A stretch of 32,000 nucleotides of DNA from Candidatus Heimdallarchaeota archaeon B3_Heim. Its GTDB lineage: Archaea; Asgardarchaeota; Heimdallarchaeia; Hodarchaeales; Hodarchaeaceae. Location of the stretch: positions 39,232-71,231 of the forward strand of contig NJBF01000008.1 of NCBI GenBank assembly GCA_003144275.1. Direction: 5' to 3'. The notes beneath the pieces are model-generated. The model was not told the DNA's origin. It ran no database searches and worked only from the letters and a program-made list of their open reading frames with translations. The translations under genes were made by a program, and so were the position numbers. Of the stretch, positions 8,763 through 18,754 are shown one piece after another (the first letter of the stretch is position 1; each line of letters opens with the position of its first letter).

Positions 8763-11138
8763 TTGTGGATATTGACTGAAGAATCAGTAATTTGGGATTT
8801 AAAAGATATCAAGAGTAAAGATCCTGATGTAAAATGGACTGCCGTTAATAACCTCAGTAAGTTCCTGAATAATAACCCTGAGAATTTCCGTTCTCGGATG
8901 ATCATTAAATCATTTCTAACAATGATTAACGATCCGCATGCTGGTATACGGGAAACAATTTTTTCAACATTGATACAAAAACTTCAACCCCAGCAATTAG
9001 AAGGGTTAATAAAGCGTGGATTGGAAGATTCAAGTCCAAGTATTCGTTCGCTAAGTTTAGAATGGTTAAATTCCACGAATCACAGCTCTGTCACTTCACA
9101 AGCAGTATTAGCACTACAAGACCCGAGTGAGGCCGTCTGTAAAATAGCACTAGATATTGTCGTTGCACGGAATATCAAAGGTGTGGAACAGAGACTGTTA
9201 GAACTACTTAAGAAAGAAAAAGGTGGCCTACGGCGAACTGTTATTTACGCTCTAGGAAAGATACAGACTGCTGAAGCTATAGGTACTCTAATTGAAATAA
9301 TGAGGAATCCTGATTTTGACGATTGGACCAGAAATCAAGCTAGCTCTGCATTAGAACATTTAGGAGGAAAAGAATTAGTAGTTCCTTTTATTGAAAATTT
9401 AACTGATGAAAATGATTATGTCCGTCAAACTGCTGCAGCCTTTCTAAAGAAAAATGAAAGTGATGTCACTTCGGTAATTTTAATGAACGCAAAATTGGAT
9501 TATGTTGCACTAATTCAACACGCCACCTCAGTCACTAAACAGGATTTTAGTTTGACGGTAAAAACGCTCAAAACTCAAATGTCAGAAAGTATTCATTCAT
9601 TAAATTTACAGCTTCAGGAACGTGAGAAATTTTCTCTGACTGATCTAACAGAAGAATGGGGAGCATCTATTATTGCTTCAAGAATAATTCTTGATGATTT
9701 CTTAGATCTGAGGCTTTTTCCACAACCTGAAGACGTTTATTATACTGAAAAGGGATTAAAGAGTATTTTAAAGGACAAATTTGCAGAAAAGAACTCTCTT
9801 GTACTTAAAGATGTTATACAGGTTCCCCCACTCGACAGAGTAGATCACGAGATTATTAAGGAATTATTAAGCACCATTGAGGATATTAAATGTGTTTCTT
9901 CAGATTTATATATTCTTGATCAAACTTTTATTGAAATATCAGAGAATTTTGGTATAAGTGGTCTATTACCTTTACAAAAAATTAGCACTGATTTACACCA
10001 ATCTTTAGAAGTCGTTTCACGAGAATTTAAGGAAAATTTAGTTCCCAATGATAATGGCTGGTTAAATAATAAGGATGAATATCTAACCCTTAAGTTTATA
10101 AGTCAAAAATCACTGGAATTTCTTAACCAATACCATATAATTGATTTAAATCAATTTCTGGCGAGTTTAGGGAGTCCAAAAGTTGAATTCTCAATTTTGA
10201 GGAATATAATTGAACGACACTCGCAAGGTAAGTGGTTGGACGATATCCAAGTATATATTACTAGTGAGGAATTTAAAGAAATCGAAGAAAATTCTATTAG
10301 AATTGATGAAGAGCGAGTCAGTCATTTAATCTCAGCTATAAACATGAAATTTCCTAAATTTCTAGAAAATTTGCAGAAAGTACTGGAGATAGACACATAT
10401 CAATCTTCAGAAGGTCAATTGATTTCATTAGAAAGTCTATATCCTCTAATTCATCAGGAAATTGAAGAAAAAAAATATATTATACTCGAAGAATTTCTGA
10501 AAGAGAATAGCCTAGAATCAAGTGTAAAATCTATGATTCTAGAATATCTAAATAAGAATTATCAAGGAAGAACTGATGAAAAGGTTGCTCATTTTTGCAC
10601 AAACGAATTATTACGAGAAGTACAAAAAGAATTTCAGAATCAGACTAGGATTAATTATGATGTTCTTGGATTCAAACTTAATCTACCAATAAACATAATG
10701 CAAACTATTATTCTAAATATTCTGAAAATATCTGGAATCCATAATAATCTCGGAGAATTTATTACCCTTGAAGGAGTAAAAACCGAGTATACACAAATTA
10801 TTGCTCATAAAGCAGAGTTTCCTATGGCAACTCTTCTAGAAATTCTCGAAGTTATTGATAATCAAAAAGCTGTCAGAATTATCGAAGATAAAATAAAATC
10901 AGATCCAGCGATTTATTTATCCGTAAATGGTAGACAAATCCGGACCCACCGTCGGGGTATTGAAATTGTTAATAGATTTCTAAAAAGATCCACCAACCTA
11001 ACAAGAAGGAGTATTTCTTTTTCGGAAATTAGTCAAGAAACAGAAATTTCTCAACCTGACATAGAAACAATTCTCAATACTCTTGTAGACAAAAATCTAG
11101 TGCCTGGAAGAGTTGAAAAAAATAAGTACGTTCAATAA
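8763..11138 (+). CDS. HEAT-repeat protein with C-terminal tandem winged-helix region, possibly UFL1-like
   Basis: 791 aa, TTG start. Residues ~1-250 are helical HEAT/PBS-like repeats (AIGTLIEIMRNPDFDDWTRNQASSALEHLGGKELVVPFI). Residues ~285-790 are successive winged-helix-like units, ending SFSEISQETEISQPDIETILNTLVDKNLVPG. Confidence 0.7.
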   Translation: MWILTEESVIWDLKDIKSKDPDVKWTAVNNLSKFLNNNPENFRSRMIIKSFLTMINDPHAGIRETIFSTLIQKLQPQQLEGLIKRGLEDSSPSIRSLSLEWLNSTNHSSVTSQAVLALQDPSEAVCKIALDIVVARNIKGVEQRLLELLKKEKGGLRRTVIYALGKIQTAEAIGTLIEIMRNPDFDDWTRNQASSALEHLGGKELVVPFIENLTDENDYVRQTAAAFLKKNESDVTSVILMNAKLDYVALIQHATSVTKQDFSLTVKTLKTQMSESIHSLNLQLQEREKFSLTDLTEEWGASIIASRIILDDFLDLRLFPQPEDVYYTEKGLKSILKDKFAEKNSLVLKDVIQVPPLDRVDHEIIKELLSTIEDIKCVSSDLYILDQTFIEISENFGISGLLPLQKISTDLHQSLEVVSREFKENLVPNDNGWLNNKDEYLTLKFISQKSLEFLNQYHIIDLNQFLASLGSPKVEFSILRNIIERHSQGKWLDDIQVYITSEEFKEIEENSIRIDEERVSHLISAINMKFPKFLENLQKVLEIDTYQSSEGQLISLESLYPLIHQEIEEKKYIILEEFLKENSLESSVKSMILEYLNKNYQGRTDEKVAHFCTNELLREVQKEFQNQTRINYDVLGFKLNLPINIMQTIILNILKISGIHNNLGEFITLEGVKTEYTQIIAHKAEFPMATLLEILEVIDNQKAVRIIEDKIKSDPAIYLSVNGRQIRTHRRGIEIVNRFLKRSTNLTRRSISFSEISQETEISQPDIETILNTLVDKNLVPGRVEKNKYVQ

Positions 11139-11146
11139 TACCTATT

Positions 11147-11884
11147 TTGTGGACAAACAGGAAAATGAGCAATCCTCTAACCATAATTGTAGATCATCGA
11201 GAACCTGCAGAAATTAAAAAGAGATTAATTAAATTAGGTATGGAGATCAAGGAAGAACAGTTAGACATCGCCGATTATGTCTTATCTGATACAGTTGCCT
11301 GTGAACGTAAGACAGGAGCAGACTTAATCTCTTCAATTATGGATAATCGTCTTTTTGAACAGATAGATAGATTAATTGAAACATACGATCAACCAATATT
11401 AATTGTAGAGAATTTAGAAACGGCATTCGAACGTACTGAATGGAAAAAGCGAAAAAAACATGTTTTTGGAGCCTTAACTTATATATTTTTGAGAAGACAA
11501 GTACCAGTCGTACCTACTACTCGGAAGAGTGAAACGGCTATTCTTTTAAATCGAATCGCATCCTGGACGCAAGAAGAAAAATCTGACCCCTTGATTGCCA
11601 GAAAATCTCCAAAAAAACGGACACTTAGAGAAGATCAGCTATTCTTTCTTCAAGGATTGTACAATACTGGACAGAAAAAAGGAGAAATTTTACTCGATTC
11701 GTTTAAGAATAGTCCAGAAAAAGTATTAAATTCGATTCTCCAAACAGATGTAGTGTATACGAAAACAGGTAATCCTAAGGGACTCGAAGGACCAATGAAA
11801 TCTCTAGAAGGATTTGGTCCAAAATATGTAATACAAAATCAACGTTTACTTCGATCCTCGGCGAAAGATGAAGCAAAAAAATAA
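11147..11884 (+). CDS. XPF/ERCC4-type structure-specific endonuclease
   Basis: Motifs IVDHREPAEI and ACERKTGADLISSIMDNRLFEQIDRL (ERKxxxD), then a helix-hairpin-helix-like C-terminus. An ATG at 11165 is the likelier start. Confidence 0.88.
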   Translation: MWTNRKMSNPLTIIVDHREPAEIKKRLIKLGMEIKEEQLDIADYVLSDTVACERKTGADLISSIMDNRLFEQIDRLIETYDQPILIVENLETAFERTEWKKRKKHVFGALTYIFLRRQVPVVPTTRKSETAILLNRIASWTQEEKSDPLIARKSPKKRTLREDQLFFLQGLYNTGQKKGEILLDSFKNSPEKVLNSILQTDVVYTKTGNPKGLEGPMKSLEGFGPKYVIQNQRLLRSSAKDEAKK

Positions 11885-11900
11885 TCACTTTCATTCATTG

Positions 11901-12164
11901 TCAATGCCAACTACACTGAACTTGTTCATCAAAGGCACGCAAATCCGTTAAATCCTTATTTGCTTCACGAAGGAAATTTATAATACATTCCACTGGTTGA
12001 ATCTTTGTACAAACAGTTATCCAGGCGCAATCCAATTCACAAAATGGAAAAGGCATTATTTCCAGCTTTTTTCTTATTCTATTCAGCTCTTCCATAAGGA
12101 GTCTGTGTGTTGAACTATGTGACTTACCTACTCTTCCAAAATCGAGCTTAAAATCGGAATTCAT
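11901..12164 (-). CDS. Small hypothetical protein
   Basis: 87 aa ORF in a gap between convergent genes, directly downstream of the CoA cluster on the same strand. Codons look plausible; no family recognised. Confidence 0.4.
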   Translation of the reverse strand: MNSDFKLDFGRVGKSHSSTHRLLMEELNRIRKKLEIMPFPFCELDCAWITVCTKIQPVECIINFLREANKDLTDLRAFDEQVQCSWH

Positions 12165-12293
12165 TTCACAGTCAGGTTCTTAGAAACATATAGGATTTAT
12201 AAAAACTTCTATGACATTTATATAGGAATACACAGAGAGAGATCACTGATTATGACGAAAATGAACATTTCGGCTGCACACAGAATGATCATT

Positions 12294-13100
12294 TCATTTG
12301 GGCATTTCATAACTGTAGCTGAGATCTGGGAATGATTTGTTTCGTACTTCTTTGTTATACTCTTGGATTGCAGATAATATCTGATCCTTGAGATTAGCGT
12401 ATCTTTTAACAAATTTAGCCTTGAAATCAAAATAACCAAGCATATCATAAGTTACCAGGACTTGTCCAGAGCAATAAGGGCCAGCACCAATCCCAATAGT
12501 GGGAATAGATATCGATTCAGTAATTTCTTTAGCAACTTCCCATGGAATAGCTTCTAATACTAATGAAAAAATTCCTGCTTCCTCTAAAGCACGAGCCTCT
12601 TCAACTAACTTCTTTGCCGTTTCTTCTGATCTACCTTGTACCTTAAACCCACCGAATTTATGAAAAGACTGAGGTGTTAAACCCAAATGGCCCATGACAG
12701 GAATTCCTGCATCCAATATTCCTTCAATCGCTGAAATACGTTCACTACCTCCTTCTAGTTTGATAGCTTCAGCACGTCCTAATTGCATCAGTTTTACCGA
12801 GTTTTTAATTGCTTCTTCACGTGAGACTTGAAACGTTCCAAAAGGAAGATCTCCAATCACCATGGCTGATTTGGCACCCCTAGCTACAGCTTGTGTATGT
12901 CGGATAGAATCTTCCAAAGTTACCTGTAGGGTGGTTTTTTGGCCGTAAACTACCATACCCATAGTATCGCCTACTAAAAGCATGTCAGTTTCAGCCTCAT
13001 TAAGAATAGAGGCCATTACATAATCATACGCTGTAAGCATAGTAATTTTTTTTCCAGAATCATACATTTCCATTATATCTAATACTGTTTTCTTTTTCAA
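12294..13100 (-). CDS. panB: 3-methyl-2-oxobutanoate (ketopantoate) hydroxymethyltransferase
   Basis: ITMLTAYDYVMASILNEAETDMLLVGDTMGMVVYG, VMGHLGLTPQS and IPTIGIGAGPYCSGQVLVTYDMLG. Confidence 0.96.
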   Translation of the reverse strand: MKKKTVLDIMEMYDSGKKITMLTAYDYVMASILNEAETDMLLVGDTMGMVVYGQKTTLQVTLEDSIRHTQAVARGAKSAMVIGDLPFGTFQVSREEAIKNSVKLMQLGRAEAIKLEGGSERISAIEGILDAGIPVMGHLGLTPQSFHKFGGFKVQGRSEETAKKLVEEARALEEAGIFSLVLEAIPWEVAKEITESISIPTIGIGAGPYCSGQVLVTYDMLGYFDFKAKFVKRYANLKDQILSAIQEYNKEVRNKSFPDLSYSYEMPK

Positions 13101-13109
13101 ATCTTCACC

Positions 13110-13892
13110 TCATATTACTAATTTATCACTAGTCGCTAAAGTATTCAAACGCTCTGACATAAACTTTAAAGCATCTTGTAGAAGTTTTTCATTACTATAG
13201 TGTTTCAATCGCTCTTTCAGTTGATTTTTGGGGAGTTGAACGAATTCCTCGGCATATTTTATCATTTCAGGTACTGCTCTGATTAAATTATTCGTAATCG
13301 AAACGTTTGCTGTGAGCGATGTACGAGATATTGGATTAAGATCAACAGTTACAACCGATTTATTCATTCGCCTTAAAGCCTGAGTGCGATCTCCATCCTC
13401 TAATGGCACAAACACGCAATCTGAAATGGCAATACCCCTAGAATCTACTATACGTCTAAGATGAGAGATTTCTGCTATAGTTTCTTGATATTCTGGATCA
13501 AGTCCTAATATCAAACCAGCCCCTGCGTCTATTAATTTCTTTTTTATCGCCTGTTCTCTCTCCTGTGATCGATAAAATAGATTAATTTCAAGTGGAGCTT
13601 TTAGAATGTTGCTAAGATCTACAATTTCCTTCGGACATAGAGCTGCGACATTTCCGTTCACAGAAATTATGGGTTTACCCGCTGAAAGAAGATATAGTAC
13701 AGCAAATTCTTCCTGTTTGAGGGCAAACTTTGGAGTATTCTCACCCAGGATATAATCAAAAGCCTCGCCTCTTCCATGAGCGATTAGTCCTGCCTCTGCA
13801 ACAATTTTTTGATGCATCCCACTAATGATAGCATCTCGAACGGTCAACGATACATAACATGGGTGATCTTTTGGAATTTCATGATTTGACAT
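13110..13892 (-). CDS. 4-phosphopantoate--beta-alanine ligase (archaeal phosphopantothenate synthetase)
   Basis: IPKDHPCYVSLTVRDAIISGMHQKIVAEAGLIAHGRGEAFDYILGE and SRTSLTANVSITNNLIRAVPEM. Internal ATG at 13890-13892 overlaps the upstream stop as TAATG and is preferred over the track start at 13922. Confidence 0.92.
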   Translation of the reverse strand: MSNHEIPKDHPCYVSLTVRDAIISGMHQKIVAEAGLIAHGRGEAFDYILGENTPKFALKQEEFAVLYLLSAGKPIISVNGNVAALCPKEIVDLSNILKAPLEINLFYRSQEREQAIKKKLIDAGAGLILGLDPEYQETIAEISHLRRIVDSRGIAISDCVFVPLEDGDRTQALRRMNKSVVTVDLNPISRTSLTANVSITNNLIRAVPEMIKYAEEFVQLPKNQLKERLKHYSNEKLLQDALKFMSERLNTLATSDKLVI

Positions 13893-14776
13893 TAACTTGT
13901 CCTCTTTATTGTTGTTGTACATATAGTTTCTGGATGAATTAGGTCAGGAGAGATATTCACCTCAGCCAGTTCGTCTTCTTCATGATAAAATAAGAATAAA
14001 GCATCGCCTAACATAATTTGGGCACCGATAACATTTGTAGGAAGATTGGTCAATATAGTTTGAAGTTGAGGAGACCACAATTGGACCCCACGAGTAAATT
14101 CTGATGTATAATGAACAAAATGATCGAATTCAGGTTCTTTAATTAAAGCCTCAATTAATTTCGAGCTAGTCCTATTGACCGATACTCGTCGTACTGGATC
14201 TGATAATATGGAGGAGGTGGAAATAGTTCCTAAGGATACAGTAGCAAATTTCCAATCATCTTCCTTACGCATAGCTATGGTCTTACCATATCCAGGAGCA
14301 CCTTCCTTGGTTCGTATTTCTAACCCTCCTTGAAATAAACCAATCACATCACCCAAACCGGATTTTGTCAAGACTTCTGCTTTATGGGCAACTTGAAATA
14401 ACTCAAGAGTGCTTAAGTCAAGCTCAAAATATTCATTTATGCAATAAGCTGTTCCCAAAGCTCCAGCAGCAGAGGCACCAAAACCACTCTTGGTAGGTAC
14501 TTCGAAATTATGACTTATGAGAAAGTTTCTTTGATCTCTCTCGGGAACTAGTAAATTGATAATTTTAACTGTTACCATAGAATTCGATAATGCTTGTTGT
14601 TGCTCATTAAATAGTACAATTACTGAGGAGCTATCAGATTCCTGTATCGAAGTCGTTACTCCTCTTTGTATGGATATACCAGCCCCCCTTGATCCAATTT
14701 TTAATAATTCGCTAGATTGGTCTATTATTTCAAAAAGTCCAGTGAGATGGGCAGCTACCCAGAATTCAGACTTCAT
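13892..14776 (-). CDS. Pantoate kinase (GHMP family)
   Basis: Adjacent to the phosphopantothenate synthetase. GHMP motif PTKSGFGASAAGALGTAYCINEYF, and AEVLTKSGLGDVIGLFQGGLEIRTKEGAPG. Confidence 0.92.
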   Translation of the reverse strand: MKSEFWVAAHLTGLFEIIDQSSELLKIGSRGAGISIQRGVTTSIQESDSSSVIVLFNEQQQALSNSMVTVKIINLLVPERDQRNFLISHNFEVPTKSGFGASAAGALGTAYCINEYFELDLSTLELFQVAHKAEVLTKSGLGDVIGLFQGGLEIRTKEGAPGYGKTIAMRKEDDWKFATVSLGTISTSSILSDPVRRVSVNRTSSKLIEALIKEPEFDHFVHYTSEFTRGVQLWSPQLQTILTNLPTNVIGAQIMLGDALFLFYHEEDELAEVNISPDLIHPETICTTTIKRTS

Positions 14777-14794
14777 GGTTAGATTAACTCAAAT

Positions 14795-15712
14795 CTAGTG
14801 ATGATTTCTTTCGAGATGTCGGATCAAATCTGTAATTGCCGAATTAATAGGTGCGTTCAATCCATATGATCGACTTTCTCTTGCAATAAATCCGTTCATG
14901 AAATCGATCTCTGTGCGACGTCCTCGTTCAACATCCTGAAGCATACTGCACTTATTATCTTGAGTTTTATTGATCACTTCTTTAATAAAATCACGAGAAG
15001 CAGAAAAATCTTCATCTGGAAGAAGATGAGTTGCTAGCGCTATTCCTTCATCTAAGATTGCATTAAATATACGTACAAAAGATGGCCGCTTCAATATTTC
15101 ACCATTCTTCGAATGAAGTATTGTACCCAGAGGGCAGATGGCAGCATTAGCAAGGAGTTTATACCACATTTTCAGCTGGATATTCTGAGTTTCCTTAATT
15201 TGAAAACCCGAAGAAGAAAGAATTTTTTCGACTTGACTACTAAATCCGTTTCCTTTACCTGAAACAATCCCAAAAGAAGTCTTACCGAATGCAACATGTT
15301 TTACAACAGCTGGTTGTATCAACTCTGCTGCTTCTGTAGTAACGGCTCGATAAATTGGATTTTCTGGTAAGACTTTTTTAAATATATCCTCATTTCCCAT
15401 TCCATTCTGGATTAAAAAAATAGGAGTTTCAATATTTAAGCCGTTAGATAAAGATTCTGCTACTGTTTGATTATCGTAAGCTTTTGTAGTAACAAATATT
15501 GCATCAGAATTTTGTTTAGTCGGGTTGTATTCAGTTTTTGCTGGGAAATATGAAACAATATTGGTTCCCTGTTCTAGAATTGTGAGTCCTTTTTCTTGGA
15601 TTTTTTTTATGTGAGCTTTTCGTCCTACAACATCGACATCAAATCCTGAGTAGGCAACTCTTCCTGCAAATAAAGAACCGATACTTCCTGCTCCAATAAC
15701 AGATATATTCAT
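14795..15712 (-). CDS. panE: Ketopantoate reductase (2-dehydropantoate 2-reductase)
   Basis: MNISVIGAGSIGSLFAGRVA Rossmann motif, FVTTKAYDN, LIQNGMGNE, KMWYKLLANAAICPLG and GRRTEIDFMNGFI. Confidence 0.94.
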   Translation of the reverse strand: MNISVIGAGSIGSLFAGRVAYSGFDVDVVGRKAHIKKIQEKGLTILEQGTNIVSYFPAKTEYNPTKQNSDAIFVTTKAYDNQTVAESLSNGLNIETPIFLIQNGMGNEDIFKKVLPENPIYRAVTTEAAELIQPAVVKHVAFGKTSFGIVSGKGNGFSSQVEKILSSSGFQIKETQNIQLKMWYKLLANAAICPLGTILHSKNGEILKRPSFVRIFNAILDEGIALATHLLPDEDFSASRDFIKEVINKTQDNKCSMLQDVERGRRTEIDFMNGFIARESRSYGLNAPINSAITDLIRHLERNHH

Positions 15713-16962
15713 TGTAAATCCTTCCTCCTATTGAACTCTACTGAAATTATATTTGCTAGCTCATGCCCGAGAGTTTGCTTTGACCCCTTTAATTCAAGAA
15801 CTTCCTGCTGGTCTCTTACAATGAATAATTCATTAGTTTTGGACACAAATCCTTTATTTGCTTCTCCAACCCAATTTGCACACACAATATTCACTTTATT
15901 CTCTTCTAGAAACTGAGCTGCACGAGAAATCAGTTTTTTTTTACTAATACCAACTTCTGCCTTATAGGTAACAATAAAGAGAGACGGAAATTCGTTTCTT
16001 ATTGTCTTCACAATCTTCATTGTAGGTTTTAACGAAATTGATAATTCATTCTGGCGGGACGGAATCTTTCCTTGTTGAAAGGTTGGTTGATAATCAGCTA
16101 CAGCAGCTACAGAAATTAGCCCATCCACCTTTCCATTCGATAGTTGCTCTTTTACTTGCTGGTACATTTCGGAGGTAGATCTAACCACCGTTACTGAAGA
16201 CGAAATAAGTTTCTGATCTATTGTATTTCCTTCTCCGAGGATGAATGAAACGTCTGCACCTAGCTTCTGCAATGCTTTTACAACATAAAGGGCTGACAAT
16301 CCACTGGAAGGATTGGAAAGGAATCTAACATCATCAAAATACTCACGAGTTGCTCCACCCGTCACAATAAATTTAGTACCTTGTAACGGACGAGGAGCAC
16401 TTAATAATGAAAATATCTGATCCATTAATCTCTCTAAGGGGGGAAATTTGTGTTTTTTCTCCTCTTCATCACTTGAGAGAAAGTGTACGTCTAAGTGCTT
16501 GAGATACTCCATGTTTTTCTGGGTTATAGGGTTGTCAAGTAATACATTATGGGCTGCAGGAACGATAAGGCACGGAATATTTGCTCCAATGCTGGCTAAA
16601 GCCGTTAAAGAAACTGGACCATCAGCAACCCCAGATGCAAGTTTAGAGATGGTATTAGCCGTGGCAGGACACAGTAAGTATAAATCTACCTTTTGTTCTG
16701 GATCCACGCTCCACTTAATATGTTCGGATAATCCTGAAATTTCAGTATAAGGAAGTTTGCCCATTGACCATGTCAAAGAATCGACAGTAACAAATCGTAA
16801 GGCATCTTCAGAAAGAACTACAATAGGTTCTCCAGAATGACGAAGAATTTCCCGCACTAAATGGGGGGTTTCGATTGCAGCGATCGAACCTGTAACGCCA
16901 ATTAGGATACGCTTACCCTCTAAAAGCTTACCCTTGGTTCCATAAATTTCGGCGATGCTCAT
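15709..16962 (-). CDS. coaBC: Bifunctional phosphopantothenoylcysteine decarboxylase / phosphopantothenate--cysteine ligase
   Basis: ILIGVTGSIAAIETPHLVREI, LYLLCPATANTISKLASGVADG, PAAHNVLLDNP, then KFIVTGGATREYFDDVRFLSNPSSG and VKTIRNEFPSLFIVTYKAE. Confidence 0.95.
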   Translation of the reverse strand: MSIAEIYGTKGKLLEGKRILIGVTGSIAAIETPHLVREILRHSGEPIVVLSEDALRFVTVDSLTWSMGKLPYTEISGLSEHIKWSVDPEQKVDLYLLCPATANTISKLASGVADGPVSLTALASIGANIPCLIVPAAHNVLLDNPITQKNMEYLKHLDVHFLSSDEEEKKHKFPPLERLMDQIFSLLSAPRPLQGTKFIVTGGATREYFDDVRFLSNPSSGLSALYVVKALQKLGADVSFILGEGNTIDQKLISSSVTVVRSTSEMYQQVKEQLSNGKVDGLISVAAVADYQPTFQQGKIPSRQNELSISLKPTMKIVKTIRNEFPSLFIVTYKAEVGISKKKLISRAAQFLEENKVNIVCANWVGEANKGFVSKTNELFIVRDQQEVLELKGSKQTLGHELANIISVEFNRRKDLQ

Positions 16963-17286
16963 TATAAAAGGTTCCTAGCGTGTATTACATTTCCTTAGTG
17001 CTCTATTGATATTTTATCCTATTATTCTTTTAAGAATCAGGGTTATGCATGGAAAATTTGAATATACAGAATATACTTTCATTCTTTCACAAAGTATTTA
17101 CAAATTAAACATCCAGAATACTCTGAGTGAAAACTGGTTTACGCAATCCTATCTCCAGATTAGAAATCATATTTTGAATAGCTGAAAAATGGTGAAAACT
17201 CATAAAGACATAATATTGACCGATCTGTACTAGGGAATAAGTAAGTTAATGCTATATTCTTAATAAAAGCACATGAGAAAGTATTA

Positions 17287-18117
17287 ATGGCAATTCTTCA
17301 ATTTATTTGGGAACCTATAATAACAGACCCTATTCAAGCTGTATTAGCAGTAGCTTTTTCCTTTTTTGTTGGAATAATCTCTTCTGCATTGGGTGTTGGT
17401 GGAGGTTTTATTACTACTCCATCTTTATTCATTATGGGTATTGATGAAGCTTACGCTGTTGGTACTGCACTATTCATGATAATTTTCACTGCATTATCTT
17501 CCACATTTGCATATTCTCGTCAGAAAGGATTAATTGAATTTCGATCTGGCTTTTTAATAGCGACTACAACGATAATAGGATCGGTTTCAGGTAGTATTAC
17601 AAGCTCCATATTAGCGGTTGAAGATCCACAGCTATTCCGTATTGTTTTTGCCGTGTGTCTAATTCCTATAGCTATTAAAATGATTTTTTACCCAAAAGAA
17701 AGACGAACAAAACCATTTGCTGAAGAAGAAATTGAACACGATAATATAATATGGTATGGATTTGAAAAACGTGAGATATATTCAACAGCATTCGGTCTCA
17801 TTGCAGGATTTTCGTCGGGATTATTAGGCATTGGTGGGGGAGTTGTAATGGTTCCTATACTTGTCACAGTTGGCAAAATACCTATGCATAAAGCAGTAGC
17901 AACTTCAATGTTCATTATGATCTTTACAAGTATCGCTGGAGCAGGAGTAAAATTCACCCAAGGACAAGCACATCCCGATTTAGCACTTTTTCTCGTTATA
18001 GGTATTGTTCTAGGAGCACAAATCGGTGCTAGACTTGTGAAACGAGTTAATACAATTCATTTACAGCGAGTATTCGGATTTATGATGATTATTGCTCTTA
18101 TTTCCATAGTTCTCTAA
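17287..18117 (+). CDS. TauE/SafE-family sulfite exporter/permease
   Basis: Polytopic protein with duplicated GVGGGFITTPSLFIMG and GIGGGVVMVPILVTVGKIPMHKAVATS motifs. Confidence 0.92.
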   Translation: MAILQFIWEPIITDPIQAVLAVAFSFFVGIISSALGVGGGFITTPSLFIMGIDEAYAVGTALFMIIFTALSSTFAYSRQKGLIEFRSGFLIATTTIIGSVSGSITSSILAVEDPQLFRIVFAVCLIPIAIKMIFYPKERRTKPFAEEEIEHDNIIWYGFEKREIYSTAFGLIAGFSSGLLGIGGGVVMVPILVTVGKIPMHKAVATSMFIMIFTSIAGAGVKFTQGQAHPDLALFLVIGIVLGAQIGARLVKRVNTIHLQRVFGFMMIIALISIVL

Positions 18118-18341
18118 GACTCACTATTCATTCACTTGGAATTATGTGAATAAACACTACACAAAGGGAATATAATCCAATTCTTGAAGTTTTAAAAGCC
18201 TATGAATATAAAGCTTGATTGTATTGATTATATGGGATCAGCATTAATCAGTCTGTAGTCAAGTGTATTAGACTGTGATAAGCTTTTCGAGTATCCAAAC
18301 AAGTATAGTTAATTAAAACCATACAATTCTTCCAACGCTAG

Positions 18342-18737
18342 GTGCTAATGATGAAGGGTGACTCTATTCTAGTTGTAGATGATGAAGAGGATACTGTAGA
18401 ATTAGCGAGAATGGTTTTAGAATTTGAGGGTTATCGTGTATTTTCCGCTAACAACGGACAAGAAGCAATAGATTTCCTAAAAACTCAAGATGAAAAACCG
18501 AACTTAGTTCTACTAGATGTCCTCATGCCGAAAATGGATGGATTAAAAGTGTGTAAATGGATTAAAGAAAATCCACACCTCAAAGAAATCCCAGTTCTCT
18601 TATTTACTGCTAAAGTTGGGAATAAGGATCGTATTGCAGGGGAAAAAGTTGGTGCAGATGCTTACATTGCTAAACCATTTAGTGCTGATGATCTACTAGG
18701 CTTAATTCAAACACATATTGATAAAACAAGATCATAA
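18342..18737 (+). CDS. Stand-alone receiver-domain response regulator
   Basis: ILVVDDEEDTVELARMVLEFEGY, LVLLDVLMPKMDG, LLFTAKV and GADAYIAKPFS. No output domain. Confidence 0.95.
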   Translation: MLMMKGDSILVVDDEEDTVELARMVLEFEGYRVFSANNGQEAIDFLKTQDEKPNLVLLDVLMPKMDGLKVCKWIKENPHLKEIPVLLFTAKVGNKDRIAGEKVGADAYIAKPFSADDLLGLIQTHIDKTRS

Positions 18738-18754
18738 TTTGAAATTTTTATAGA

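Noticed and set aside
12218-12448. 76 aa minus-strand ORF MICLVILISRLNLLKD...
   Set aside because: Overlaps the well-supported PanB C-terminus in another frame, low-complexity codons, no recognisable domain.
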